Part shown: positions 49,014-63,067 of the stretch, one piece after another
Layout: each line of letters opens with the position of its first letter
Position numbering within the stretch: the stretch's first letter is position 1
Assembly: GCA_013239625.1 (NCBI GenBank)
Contig: MU053881.1
Location: 8,393,957-8,457,956 of the forward strand
Reading direction: 5' to 3'
Origin: Lama guanicoe
Lineage: Eukaryota
DNA length: 64,000 nt
Notes under the pieces: model-generated
Databases searched by the model: none
What the model was told of the DNA's origin: nothing
The model's input: only the letters and a program-made list of their open reading frames with translations
Made by a program: the position numbers and the translations under genes

Positions 49014-50479
49014 TAGCTACAATCTTACTGAATGTACAAAACAGTATTTTTTTATGGCTTAAAAAAGATTTTAAGGCTTACAAAAAGGGACACAACAGAG
49101 AGATGCGGTTAAAGTAAGGAAAATGAGACAAAGGCAAAATGAGAGGGAGGAAGCCAGCGGTGACAGGTGCGAAGTTAGGGCTCATCGCATACCATGAGGT
49201 CCTACTTCCTGATCAGCTGCCACAGACCTGGCGCCGAGCTTCCTAACTGCTGACGTGAAAAGGGAAATGGGCCCCATGTAAGATTCATGTTGTCTTCAAT
49301 GTAAACATAGCCCCACTGTTCAGGAAAAGGTCATTCATTCTTGGTAAGGGGGCCAGAAAAGCCTTTCTCCCGAGTCCTTAATCCCACTGTCTGAGCACTT
49401 TCCTCGTCTCCCATTTCCACGTAACATCACCTGAACACCATGTGTGTGTGCGCGTGCGCGTGCAGAGATCACCTGCTGGGACGTGGATTTTTCTGAGGCT
49501 AGAGACTCTTATTTGGAGACTGCAGGCAATTTTCAGTGTCTGGAGGTAGGACAGTCATGAAGGGGATGTTGCTCTGCTCTATGGATCTGGTTAAAATACC
49601 AAATGGAACTTCGGATTACGCATAAGGAAAGTTAAAATGGAACACCGAGAAGCTTGGGAAAGGAGAAATAAAACTGCCCCACATGAAAACTGACAAGACA
49701 TTTTGCACCATGGACAGTATTGCGTGTTAAGTGTGCAATGATGGGGATGGGGCTGGGGATGATGGTGATGATGGTGATGATGGAGACTGGGCTTTACCAG
49801 AAGAGAGGAGTGGCAGGAACACCTGGGTGGGAAGGATCTCGCAGACCCTGCTGTGAACACGGAACAGGGCCTCCAGACACGTTTCATTTCCAATTTGAAG
49901 CTTTCATTTCCTGTGCTGTACTTCCTGCTGGACTCAGGGATTTTGGGGAAGGACCTGGTTGGACACTCGGCTGGAGACATGACTTAAGCAAATTCCCCAG
50001 ACAGGCACTTTTGGACAAAATGTTAAGGTATTTAACAATAGTTGTTACCCGCTGATAGTGAATAAAAACGTGGTGAAAAGACAAGAAGAGTCATCAGTGA
50101 GGAAATAAGATGGGGATACATCTTCAAAGGGGGATGCCCGTTCTGTGAGCACCTGGTCCAACTAACCGCCCTGCTCATCCATGCACTGCCGGACTTGGGT
50201 CTGCACGTCGGGTAAGTGTCACAGGGAGTGTGTAGTGAGAGCCTGAGAAACATGACAAGACCTGCCCCTAACAAGGAGAGGGTGGCCATGGGGACCAGCA
50301 CCGCCAGGGCGGCCTTGTGCAGTGCGGGAGCGTTCCTAGGGCCCGCTCAGAAACCCTGGAGGGCAGGGGACCCAGAAAAGAACACTCTGCCAACCGGGCC
50401 ACCAGGGGCTTGAATGATTAGCTCTGGAGAATCACTGTGAAATGCACTGTTGCTCCCGAAGCTGCCGAAACGGGATATG

Positions 50480-52300
50480 ACCCGTTTATTATTTAAGTAA
50501 ACTTTTTGCCGAAGTAAAAAAGACATATGGAAAAGTGTACAAATTGTATGTGTGCAGCTTGATGAACTTTCACAAAAGAAGCACGCTCAAGTCACCAGCA
50601 CCCCAGTCAAGAAACGGGTCATCAGCCTCCCTTCTGTGTCCATGTCCCCTTCACTAACCCCTCAACAAAATATTTTATGTTCAAACAGGACCTTAGAGAC
50701 CGCCTTTAAGGTCACATCTTTTTATAGGTTTTAAATTTTAGCTTTTATTCAAGTTATATATGAACAGTTGAACAGCCCCACGGGGTCCAAGATGTGCTGT
50801 GAAAACAGAGGACTCCCCAGTCCACTTCTCCCACTCGCTAAAAAGGAACCACGTCAACCAGTTCCGCCAGTTTCCTGGGCGTCCACCTCTGTGTGTCTGA
50901 TAACATGCATGTATCATTGTTTCTTGATTTTTTTTTTCTTTCAGTTTTAGGCCTGATTTACTGATTTCTCTCTCTGGAGGATGGATTCTTGGCTTCGCTC
51001 CCTCTCCCTACACCACACAGCACTCTCCCCTCCCCCTGCTCCTCCTCCTCCTCGGAGGTAACTCTGGCCGGAGCAATCAGTGTTAGCATTACTTTTACTC
51101 TGCAAACATTATTCAGGGCCGAGGCACGTAGCCAACTTTGCTTACTTTTTCTTTCCAGCACATTTTTTTATTTTAGGTTGTTTTTCCTGGAGTTAATCAT
51201 TATGATTTTTATGCTTGCTTACTTTCTACAAATTTACCCCTGACTGAATCTCGCCCTCGGCCGGTTATCTAAACCTCCTGTCCCGGAGTTCCTCTCTTGG
51301 GCTCTGTCTCGCCGGGTGTGTGACAGCTCCAGTGTGTCCTCTCTGCCCAGCTGGCATCCTGAGAGCCCCTCCGGGCCTCTCTCCTCTTTCCTAAGTACTA
51401 CATCCTCCCCTCTGTGACCTCCTCATTTTGGTAGAACATTGCTTCCAGGAGCTTTCGGAGAAAGGAACCATGAAGGAAATAAGCTTTTAAAAAACATGCA
51501 TGTCTAAAAATATCTTTATTCTCGCCTACACCTGATTAAAGGTAGTTTTGCTGGATATAGAATTCTAGGTCGGACATGATTTTCCTTCCAAGTCTGAAGG
51601 CACTGCTCCACCGTCTCTCAGGGTTCCAGTGTTACTGCAGAGAAGCCCGGAGCTATTCTGAGTTCTGATCATTTTTGCGTGACCTGGTTTTTCTCCCTGA
51701 AAGCTTTTAGGATCTTGAATCGTTCCTAGTGTCTGAAGTTGGACAGTGGTATGTCTTGATGGGAGTTAACTTTTAATCCATTGTGTTGAGTGCTCACCGA
51801 GCCCTTTCAATCTAAAAAATGCTCCTCCATCGGTTCTGGGAATTTTTTTCTGAATTATTTCACTGATCCTTCTTCCCCTGTTTCCTCTGTTCTATTTGGA
51901 GGATTTATTACTGAGAGTTCTTGACCTGATGCTCTTTTTGGTTTTTTTTTTCTCTTATTTTCCACCTCTATGTATTTTTGCTCTGCTTTTTAGAAACTTG
52001 CCTGAGTTTTAACCTTCCAGGCTTCCTGTGGATTTTTCATTTTTACTCTCATACTTTAATTCCCAAAGGCTCTTTCTGTTCTCTGAAGGCTCCTTTTTAT
52101 AAAATGTAGCATCCTATTTTAGTTTCATGGTTGTACAGCTTCTCTCAATGCTTCCTTCTCCAGGCATACTCCCTGTTTCCTACAAGGCCTCCCCATCACC
52201 ATGTGTTTGTTTTCATCACTATTGTTTATGTTAAGGCTTTCCATGGACATCTGGAATCCCGGCTGTCTGCTCACACTGAAGAGTAGGGGCCCCCAAAGCC
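50480..52300 (-). mobile_element. Patchwork of ancient L1M/HAL1-like fragments; boundaries approximate
   Basis: GTAGTTTTGCTGGATATAGAATTCTAGGT and related antisense ORF1-region motifs; T-rich. Confidence 0.5.
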
Positions 52301-54727
52301 GCCCGGAGTGCAGCTCGTTGAGGATGGGTTACACGATGGACTGCGGATCACGTGGTACATAATTTGGCTGGACTGTTTCATCCAGGAGCCCTCACTTCAG
52401 TGTCTTCACATCTTTTCTCTTTACATCTCTTTTCTCTGAAAAAAGAAACAGACTCGGATTCCCTAGACTCTTCGACTATTCAGCCTCACAGGAGGTAGTA
52501 AGCCGCCTGACACCTGCCTGGGAACCAAGTGGCGCATGCGGGCGGGGGTCTCAATGTGCAAGTCCATGTTCCCTCCATTGCTGTTTTCAGTGTGGGGCAC
52601 CCCAGCTTTGAACTTGTCTGTATCCTGTCATCCAGAGATTGTTTTACTCTCTCCAAAAAATACACCTCTAATTTTTTTGCCAGGGTGGGGATGGTCAGGT
52701 GCCTGGCTGGACTGATTTGGGGAGGAGATCTGGCGGTCTGTGTCTCAGAAACAACTTTCATCTGATCGTCTTGATTCGCGGCCTCCCCGGTTGACTCCTG
52801 CTCCGGGAGACAGCGCTGCCTCCAATTCCCAAGGCGTGTGCACAAGCTCCAGGTGGACCAGAGAATTGGTTTTTCTTACGACCAGCCTGTTTTCTTTTTC
52901 CTCAGGTCTATCAGACGGCTTGCAATCTGTCCGTCTGCTTTCCAGCCTCCACATTTTATTGCTGCTCTTTTTCTCTAAGGCTCCCTGTCCTTGTGCACGA
53001 ATGCCTGAAAAACCTCTTATCTGATACTTTCTTAGTTTCAGGAATGAGTGAAAGCACATAGGCGGTTCAAATGGCATTTTTAGCTGCAAGGCTCCCAGTG
53101 ATTGATTTTTCAAATGGGAAACCAAGATCTATAGAGAGGAAGGAGCATGGTGTGGTCCCAAAGAACCCAGTTCTCCTGAGTTCACATCTGTCAGAGCATG
53201 GGAGGACCCCAGTGTAGCCCCGAAACTTTTGAATTTGACTAGCTGCCTTGGATCAAATTAAGAAAACTGTTTTTGAGGTCAGACACTCTGGGTATAAAAG
53301 CTAGTGCTGCCAGTTTTTACCAGGGTGGCCTTCGGGAAGCTACTTTCCCTCTCTGGCCTCAGTTTTCTTATCTGTAGAATGGGAACAACACTATCTTGCA
53401 GGATCGTGTGTATGTGTGTAGAGTGAGGTTACTTTAAACAAGCATATTTCCAGCATATTGCCCTGCAGAAATTTAAAAGATGTACATTAAATGTTAGTTC
53501 TTTCTCCTTCCCCATGGACTTAGAGATTGCACTAGAGAGGACAGCAAAGTATCTAGCCCCAGGGCAGGGCCCCACCTGTATCCAGGCCCTACAGTAGCCA
53601 AGGCCAGGTGGCAAAACTCTCACAAGCCCCGGCAGGCCATCTGAGATATAGTGAGGCATGTGACCTCACTGGTCTGTCAACTTGCTGGAGAGCTTGCCGT
53701 GGAAGGCAAACCCGGCTTGTAAAATCTAAAGAAAGTCATGAGGCAGCTTGGGTCATGCGTCTTTAACTGGGATGCTCGGGCTGGGGGATGCGCCAATCCC
53801 ACACTGGTTTGGATCTTAGCTCTAGGTATCTGAGATGATCCCTTCTTCAAAGTTCCACACAGTGGTGTCTTTGAGCCTGATGGAGCGCTCAGTAGCGTCG
53901 GAGGTCCTGCCACCGTCACTTCCTACCACTCACCAAACATTTATTCTCATTGGTTCCAGGGATCTGTTAAAAATCTTTGTCATTTCAATGCCAATGAATG
54001 AATAAATGAACTAAATACTGTTATTATTTATGGAGAGCTTGGGAATGTGACAAGCAATACTTCAAGTACTTTGTATTTCTTAACTAATTTAAACCCCTTA
54101 ACCCCCCAGTGAAGGTGATACTATTATTATGTCAATTTTTTTAGATGAAGAATCTGAGGCAGAGAGAAATGGGATAACTTGTGCAAAGTTACACAGCTAG
54201 GGAACTGCCTATCCTGGACTTGGATGCCTGCACTCCAGCCTGAGTCCACATTCTCAAAATGTTAAGTAATATATTTCCTGTCAAGAGAATCTTTATTGAG
54301 CCATTAATATGTTCTAAGGGAAATGTGCTGAGTGGCTTACCTAGACCAGTGGCTGTTAACCACTATCCATCTCCAGAACTTTTTCATCTTCCCAAATCGA
54401 AACTCCACCCATGAAACCAAGAACTCCCCACCTCCCCTGGCCGCTGAAGGGCTTTAAACAAGGAGCCAGGCAACTCGACTGGCATTCTGAGATGATTACA
54501 AGTGAATAAAAGGAAATGGAATGAACATGGCAGATGAATCACTGCAAAGCACAAGTAAGAGCAGGAAAAACAGTTGAAAGGGTGGTGGTTTGAACAAGGA
54601 GTGGAGATGAAAGGCAACAGGTAGATCCGAGAAGCACCGAGAGGCAACACAGGCAGGACTCTGGGGCCATTCGCTCCTCCCTGCTGTCTTGTCCGCGGTG
54701 GGGGTGCTGGTGGCGGGAGGTACTCAC

Positions 54728-54931
54728 AGCTGACCTGGGAGCCCAGCTTGTGCTCCCAGACGGCATGCAGCTGCTGGTACTCCTGCTGCGCGAGCTCCAG
54801 GCGCTGCTGCTTCACCTGGTAGATCTCCTTCTGTGCGCTCAGGGCCTCCTGGGCCACCACCAGGTAGTCCTTCAGCATGTGCTCCTGCTCCCGCCGCCAT
54901 TGTACCCGGGGGTCCTCAATCTGAGTGGTTT
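54728..54931 (-). CDS. WWC1: WWC1 exon 3 (204 nt): end of WW2 and start of coiled coil, (K)[22 protein letters not shown]...KLGSQVS
   Basis: Acceptor TTGCAG, donor GTGAGT; overlaps ORF 54384..54878. Confidence 0.97.
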
Positions 54932-57819
54932 CTGCAACAGAACCCAGAGACCCTGGGTGAGCACTTCACAAATAATCTGCTGAGTTGGTAGCCTGTGGTA
55001 TCCACTGCCAGAAAACAAAAAGCTGAACAGAGAAAAATCACAACAAATGGGAATGGGTTAAACTTAACCTATTAAACAACAGAGACTTTATTTGGATTAA
55101 GCAAACACACACACGCACACTCACTCCCTCACACACACAAAAACCGGGATCAGTTTCCAAACCCGAAGTCAATCTTTCTGAGAGCAGCCAAGAGAAGGAC
55201 CAGACATGAGTTCTCATCTAGACAGAGAGGCTCAAGGACATTTTAGACGCTTAAGGTCATCCATTTTGGCAAAAAGTAAAGGGAAGCAAAATAACAAATA
55301 TTTCAGAGGATATGAATAAATACCCTGCTGGAAATGTAAATTAGAACAGCCTTCCTAGAGGGCTACCTGATCATGAAAATTAAGAGCTTTAAAATGTTAA
55401 TACCCTTTGTCCAGTGATTCCTCCTATAGTAATTTATTATAAAAGTAATAAATTCAGGCAGAGATGCATTTGTAAAAAACAACAAGAATAATAACAAGTA
55501 CTTATTTAATATTTACTCTATGCCAACCACTGTTCTAATTACTTTATATCCATTAACTTCTTCAATTCTTACACTAACCCTATAAAGGAGATTATACTCT
55601 TATACAAGAGAAAGCTTAGACATAGAAAGGTTAAGTAAATTGTTCAAGGTCACAGAGGAAGTAACGACTCAAAGAAGCATGCTATATTTATGTAATACAC
55701 TAAGACAGCCATTAAGAATTATGTCTCCAAAGAAAACTTTAAAAAACAGAAAGGTGCTGAGGATATAAAAGTAAGTAAAATCACTAAGTGCAAAACTGTG
55801 TAAATACTTTTGTATCTAACAAAATACACATGCACATTCTCAAAAACTTTAGCAAATTATCAACAGTAGGTATGTCTGGGTGGTAGGATGCTTTTTTCTT
55901 CATTCTCTTTCATTTTTTAAAAAATTATGTGTACAATAAATATGTACAGTGATAATCTGAAAAAGGTAAAAAGACAAAAAAAAAAGGTTTTTAAAGGGCA
56001 GCTGGCAGTTGAGCAGACGTAGAAGAGGTCAGAACAATGTCAAAGAACGGATGCCTATTCAAGGTTAACTCCTCAGACATTTCCCAGCTGGTGGGTGGGG
56101 CTAGGGGTGACTGACAGCAGGAACTGTCTCATCACCGCCATATGGTAAATCCAGCCTGCGGATAAGTCTTGTTCAGCCTGAAGAACTTTATTAATTTTGA
56201 ATTGATTACTGGTACGTGAAAACAAGGGGATTTATACACTAAAATCCTGGTCTCTGGCTCTTCCTGATCTTTCAGAAGATGTGGCCACCTTGGGTCCACA
56301 ATTTCTCTGCTTCATTCATTTACGTCATGTGTCTGGACCCTGGGGAATTTGAGCTCGTGACTCCTTTCGTAGGCCCTGTAGCTCTCATTCCTCCTGAATA
56401 GGCCCAAATGAGCATTTCCAGTGAAAAAAAGAAGAGACGGGGAGAATCATCACAAAGGCAGCAGGGCCATGTCCTCATGTCTGCCAACAGTCACTGTGTT
56501 ACAAGGCGCAGGCTGCTCAACCTCTCTGAGTCAACGTCTCCAATTATTAAAGAGGATAATGGGCCCTGCCTCACTGCTTCCCAGGAAGCTGTAGAGGACT
56601 TAATACTCAGGTAAAGTGAAAAAACGAGCATAAAGCCAAAACTATTCACTGAGGCCAGTTTTTGAATTGCTGTGAAGAGCAGTTCTTTAAGCTTTTCCTC
56701 TTTCGGTTTTCTGGGTAAAGAAAACAGGGTGTGAAGATTGCTGGCAGGGGCCACAAGATTGCTTCCCACAAGGAAAGCTTTGCAACTCTTCAATCAAGCA
56801 AGAGGGAAGAACATTAGTAAGAGAAGAAAAAAAAAAAAAAGAGGGAGGAGAGGATTTATAAAGTTGGGCTGAAGGACTGTGGGGTCCCATTTCCCACCAG
56901 CAGATGTAGATTTCCTCGGGATTCGGGGCTCCTGGGTACTCCTCAGGAGCCAGCCCCACTCCTCCGGCTGACACGGAAAAGAAATTTGGCCTGTCATGGC
57001 CAGACTGGAGATGTTTTTTAAAGGATGTAATCTTTAAAAATTTGTATCTTTTGGAAAAATACTAAAAAATACAACAACAAAATAAGTCTCACAATTCTAC
57101 CATTGCAAATTCAAAAGATGAGAAATGAGAGTTTCCATCTCTCCAATCGTACATCCTGGAGGAAACTGCCATTAGGAGTCTCGCACACTAACAGATAATA
57201 CCCTCTGATAATATACACAAACTATACATACGTCTCTATATACACAAATGTATTTTTAATGGAATGTGACCCTGTCATATATATTGGTCTGCAATTTGCT
57301 TTCACCTCCTAAGGGTACATCATGTTCATGTTTCTTTGTAGGTACACAAAGATCTACCTCAACTTTTATTCTTTTTTCTTATTTTATTATTGTTTTTATT
57401 TATCCGTTTTTATTTTTTACTTAACTCGGTTGTTTGAGTGGCTGCATAGTATTCCATGGCATGATATTACGGTTCATTTATGCTAGGGTAGTAGTGGTTT
57501 CCCAGACCACTACTGGGAAATACATGGATTATTTTCTCTCCTTTTGTTATCACAATCAATGCTGCAGTGAGGATTCTTACAAGCGTACTTCCGTGCACTT
57601 GTGCGATCAATCCTGTAACGTGGATTTCTTAAACGAGGAACTACCAGGTCAGTGGGTATATGTATTTTAAATTTTAGTAGACGCTACTAAATTATCTTCC
57701 CAAAGGTTCTACCAATTTTCATTCTCACAAACAGCCTTAGAAGAGTGCCTTTTTTCCCAGCTTCTCAGCAAAATTGCTGCTTTTTTTTTTTTTAAGTTGG
57801 TGCCTCATGCAGTAGTTGG

Positions 57820-58100
57820 GGTTCTGGCAGTGTATTAGAATTAGCTGAGAAGCTTCAAAAAACAAAAAGCCCGAACGCTGTCCTCAGAACACTTACATCA
57901 GAATTTCTAAGAGTAGGGCCCAGGAATTGGTAGTTTTAAACTTTGCCAGAATCACCTGGGGAAGTTTTAAAATCCTGGTGCCCAGATCCCACCTCTGGAT
58001 CAATTAAATCAGAATCTCTGAGGGTTGGAAGGAGGCAATGGTTATCTGCAAAGCTCCCCAAATAATTCCAATGTGCCGCCAAGGGTGAGAACCACTGTGG
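57820..58100. mobile_element. MER5-family MITE fragments
   Basis: CAGAATCACCTGGG...AATCAGAATCTCTG...AAGCTCCCCA...GAGAACCACTG. Confidence 0.65.
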
Positions 58101-58569
58101 AAGAGGTGACACATAGGAGGGCTGAGTGGTCACGGAAGCTGGCAGACAAGGCTGGCAGGTGTGAGGCTGAGCTCCAAGTAGAATCACCAGCCAGAGGGCT
58201 GGCGGGAATGCTGGGCCCTTGACAAATGCCTCGGGCACACCTGGATGGACCCTCCCCATGGTGCTCTGGGTTTAATCAGAGAATGGCGTCCTTCCTTCCA
58301 TGAGGCCCTGCTTCGTGTGATATATAAGGATGTGAAATCCTTAACTAAAGGCTGGCTTGGCTACCACTTTTGGTGGCCCAGGCTTGCTTCTGTAGTACAA
58401 ACCAACATGGATGGATGGATGGATGGCTGGATGCACAGAAAGAAAAAACACAACACACCTCCCCACCAGAACACTGGTCTCCACCTGACTGCACGTTGGA
58501 AATCACCCCAGGGATTTCCATTTGCTCGGTCTGCAGTATTAAGTGGGTAGCAAGACATTGTTTAAATAC

Positions 58570-59700
58570 ATCTTTTTAAAGGCATCATTTAAATACAATG
58601 AAGCACAATCATTTAAAGTTTTGTTGGGTATGTTTTGACAAATGCATTCACCATAAATCACCACCTGCTATCAATATGTAAATATTTCCTTTTACCCTGC
58701 AACCCTGTACTCTTCCCCAGCCAGTCACCTCCACCCCCTCCTCCCTCCGGTTCTGTCTGTTTTAGAACAACCTGTCATTGGAATCAAACAGCATGCGCTC
58801 TTTGGATCTCCTTCCTTCCACTCGGCACAGGCTTTGGAGACTCACTGATTTGTTACATCAGTTGTCCATTTTTTGTTGTTAATGCTGAATAATATTCTTC
58901 TGCACAAATACAGCCTAAGTCACTTTTTGATAAACTTTCAGGTTGTTTGCAGTTGGAGATTACTATGAATAAGGCTGTCGTAAGGATGCACACACAAGTC
59001 TTAGCACAAGTCTCTACCTAGGGGTGGAGCTGCTGCTTGTATATTAATTATATGTTGAATTTTATAAGAAACTGTCATACTGTTTTCCAGAATGGTTACT
59101 CTGATTTCCTTCCTCACCAGGAGTGAATCAGAGTTCCAGTTCCTCCACTTCCTCACCAACCACTGGTACTGTCCATCTTTCCCCTTCTAGTCGTTATAAT
59201 TCCCTAATGGCTAATTATGTAAAGCATATTTGTATGTGTTTATTGGCTACTTATATGCCATCTTTTTAAATCTTTTGGGTTGTTGAGCTTCTTAGTATTA
59301 AGTTGCAAGAGTTCTTTATATTTTATTGATAAGGCTCCACTGTCAGATGTATGTGTTGCAAAAGTTTTCTCCTTATCTGCAGCTTGCTTTCTCAGTTTCC
59401 TAATGGCGTCTTTTGAGGAGCAGAGGTTTTAATTCAATGAAGCCCAATTTATTATTTTTTCTTTTATGCTTAGTGCTTCTTGTGTCTTGTCTAAAAAAAC
59501 CTCTGCCTACCCTAAAACCTTGTAGATTTTCTTCTAAGTTTCCTTGTCGATGTTTCCTAGTCTTAGCTTTTATGTTTAGGTCTATGGTCCGTTCTGAGTT
59601 TATTTTTACGTGCGGTGTGAGGCTGGGGGTAGAAGGGGAGGTGTATTTTTTTTCCCTGTGGATATCAGTCATATCAGCAACTGCTGATAGACTGTCATTT
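58570..59700 (-). mobile_element. Old L1 (L1M-type) 3' fragment
   Basis: TTTATAAGAAACTGTCATACTGTTTTCCAGAATGGTT, AAGTTGCAAGAGTTCTTTATAT, TTTATGTTTAGGTCTATG. Confidence 0.7.
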
Positions 59701-60919
59701 GGGCACCGGGCTTCGTCAAAGCTCCCTAGGCGGTGCTAAGGAGCTGGATTACCTGCTGTTAGTCCTGAACCAGTCATACTCTGAGGGGGTCCTCCCAAGC
59801 CCAGCCCCTTCTGCTGACACTCCCCTTCCCGAAGTCCATCTCACCAGAACAGAGAGCTTTGCACCTGGGTGGGTTCTTAGAGATCCCTTTGGCTGATTAA
59901 TCCTTTAGTTCTTGTTTTTATTAAAACTAAATGCATACATGGTTTATTCATTCGGCATGTTACAAACTTGCCTACGTAAAGCATCATTCCTCGAGCCCCT
60001 TCGCCCCCATGCTTCCCCTCCCCCAAAAGGCAGCTACTTCCAACAAACTTTAGTTTGTTGAGCTGCTTGAGTGCCGCCACTGTTGAAAACTAGTTCTCCA
60101 TCCTCCCCCAGGCTCCAAACCCCCACCTACAAACACCGCACACCTTCCATACGTCTTACACGTTCATCACACTTCACGCAGAGTTCACCCCACCGCCTCT
60201 ACACACCACACGTGCGCACCCACGTGGCTAACACTACTCAAATCTCCCCGGGGCCTTAATGACAATTGACTGAAAAACAGCCGAACGTCTGGAGAGCGTC
60301 CAACCTTGTTCCCGTGCAAAGGAATGCAACTGGAAAATGCAGGAGTGACAGTGTAAACCTATGATGAATTCATCAAGCAGTAAAGAAGTGAAACTGGCTC
60401 CACACTGATGAAGGCGTGAGGAAAGCAGCCCCCTTACTGCTTGTGATAACACAAACTGCCACGATCTCTTTGAATCACTTATCGAACCAGGAATATGCAC
60501 CAGCAGTCTCATAGGTGTTCCCAAGCTTTCACTTAGAAAACCTCTATTTGGAACTATGACTTCAGGAAAGTGTCATAGAAGGAAAAGGCAATATGCATGA
60601 AGATTCTCTTCCTAGTTATTTATATCAAACAAATGGAAACAAACCAAAAGGACAGCAATGGGGGGTATTATGGTGCACTCTGTATGTTAAAATGTATTGA
60701 TATCTCTATCTGACACGTTAAAATGACAAACATGAAGACTACGTGGGATCGCCCAAATACTTACGATATAGCATGAAGACAGCAGAACACATAATTTGAT
60801 CAGTGATTAAAACCATCTAATCATGGCGGGTGTACTGAGGTAGTGGGACCGCTGAAGACAGACAAATGAAATAATGGAAACAGGTTCTATTTTCAAAAGA
60901 ACTGTCTTATTTGCTGTTT

Positions 60920-63067
60920 CCAGTTCCTCCCCCTCTCCCTTTTTGTTTAGACTCACTCTGGTCAAGCGTCTGCCCTCTCCAGTCCTTGTCCAAAGCTGCC
61001 CTCCAAAGTCAGGGTCACCAGTGTCACCTGGATTGCTAAATCTGTTGGTCATTTCTCAGTCCTCTTCGTACCTGATCTGTCAGAAGCATCTGGCGGGGTT
61101 GACAGCCCTCTCCTTGATTGGTTTCCTCCTGGTGGTTCTTCTCTCCTTTCTGATCACTCCCCAGAATCATGACTGGTTTTCTCCTTGCCTGTCCCCTCTT
61201 CCTGTCCCAGGACCCCATGGCTCGTTCTTTGGTCCTCTTCTCTCTGACTTGACTTACTCCTTTGCTGATCTCATCCAGCTTCATGTCTTTAAATACTATC
61301 CAGATGCCAACAACTCCCAAAACACATACTCAGCCCAGACCTCTTTTCCAAACACCAGATTCCTACATCAAACCGACCGGCAACATCTCTCTGATGTGTA
61401 ACAGGCGTGGAAGACACGACATGTCCCGATGAACCCTTGTTCTTCCTCCCTACGCCTACTCCTCCTACAGTTTTCTCCATCCAGCTGGTGGCAACTCTAT
61501 CCTGCCCATTGCCCAGGTCCAGCGAGGGTCATTCATTCCTCTTCCCTTCACACTACACGCGCGGTCGACCAGGAAGCCTCATTGGCTGCATCTGGAAAAT
61601 GCCTCCAGCATCTGGCCACGTTGCACCACGCCTTGGTCTGGGGCACTGTCCTTTGTCACCTGAACTATTGCAGTGATCTCTCACAAGTCTCCCTGCCCCA
61701 CTAAGGTCTATCTCTGCAAAGCAGCCAGAGTGACCCTTTCTTCTTTTTGTAGTTTCTTTTTTCTTTTTCTAATTGAAGTATAGTCAGTTACAACGTGTTA
61801 ATTCCTGGGGCACAGCACAATGTCCCAGTCGTGCATATACATACATTTGTTTTCATATTTTTTCATTAAAGGTTATTACAAGATATTGAATATAGTCCCC
61901 TGTGTTATACAAAAAAAAACTTCTTTTAAAATCTATTTTTAATATATAGTGGCTAACATTTGCAAATCTCAAACTCCCAAATGTATCCCTTCCTACCCTC
62001 TTACCATCCCCCGGTAACCATAAGTTTGTTTTCTATGTCTGTGAGTCTGTTTCTGTTTTGTAAATAAGTTTGTTTGGCTTTTTTTTTTTTTTAGATTCCA
62101 CATATAAATGATATCATATGGTATACTTTTCTTTCTCTTTCTGTCTTACTTCACTTAAAACGACGATCTCCAGGTCCCTCCATGATGCAGCAAATGGCAT
62201 TGTTTTACTCTTTTTATGGCTGAGTAATATTCCATTGAATAAATATCCCACAGCTTCTTTATCTAGTCATCTGTTGATGGACATTTAGGTTGTTTCCATA
62301 TCTTGGCTATTATATATAGTGCTGCTATGAATATTGGGGTACATGTATCTTTTCAAATTAGAGTTCCCTCCAGATATAGGTCCAGGAATGGGATTGCTGG
62401 ATCATATGCTAAGTCTATTTTTAGTTTTTTGAGGACTTGACATACTGTTTTCCATTACGGTTGCACCACAGAGGGACCCTTTTAAGATGTAAAACAGATC
62501 ATGCCACTCATCTGCTTAATTAAAATTCTCCAATGGCTCCCATCTAACGTGGAGTAGAAGCCCGAGCCCCCCAGGCGGACCACTGCCCCATCCGTGCCCT
62601 GCTGCCCTCTGGCCTGGTGCCCTTCTCCCCGCTTCCTCCCAGGTTCTGCTACATGCACACCCTGCTCCTTGCCAGCCCTTGAGCAAACCGAATGTGATGA
62701 TCACACTATAGCAGTTTTGCCCGATCGATCCTCTCTACTTGAAATGCTCCCCCACCTCCTTCAAGTCTTAGCTCACACTGCATTTTCTCATCAAGGTCTT
62801 CCTCCTGAAGACCTTTACCCCTGGCCTCCCCTGCCACCCTCAAACACAGCCCCACACACCTCAGCCCCATGTTCTGCTCTCTCTTTCTCCCCAACACTGG
62901 CCATTTTTAATACACGACAGAATCTCCTTACTTACTCTGTTTCTTCTGCCCAAATGAAAGCTCTGTAAGGGCAAGGATCATCGCCACTTTGCACTCTCAC
63001 GAATCCCGTGCTTCCAGAACAATGTCCAGAACGTAGCAGGAGGTCAGTAAATACCCGCTGAATGAAT
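60920..63067 (+). mobile_element. L2 LINE (RT C-terminus to 3' end), split by a younger L1
   Basis: Degenerate RT motifs DLSEASGGVD (cf. DLSAAFDTVD) and PHGSFFGPLL...FKYYPDANNSQ (cf. PQGSVLGPLL...YADDSQ); L2 3' end CAGTAAATACCCGCTGAATGAAT. Confidence 0.8.
61740..62468 (-). mobile_element. 5'-truncated L1 3' end with 14-bp TSD, nested in L2
   Basis: TTAGATTCCACATATAAATGATATCATATGG, GATGGACATTTAGGTTGTTTCCAT; TSD CAGAGTGACCCTTT (61726-61739) and CAGAGGGACCCTTT (62469-62482). Confidence 0.85.

Larger units (their letters stand above)
3781..54931 (-). other. WWC1: WWC1/KIBRA gene, partial (coding exons 3-20 by human numbering); gene extends beyond both window ends
   Basis: 18 exons with AG/GT boundaries splice into one open frame (2681 nt). 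The translation matches recalled KIBRA peptides, e.g. [76 protein letters not shown]. Confidence 0.98.

Noticed and set aside
49591..49980. ORF with a poly-His run
   Set aside because: Derives from a short GAT/GGT trinucleotide repeat in intron 3; no splice or homology support
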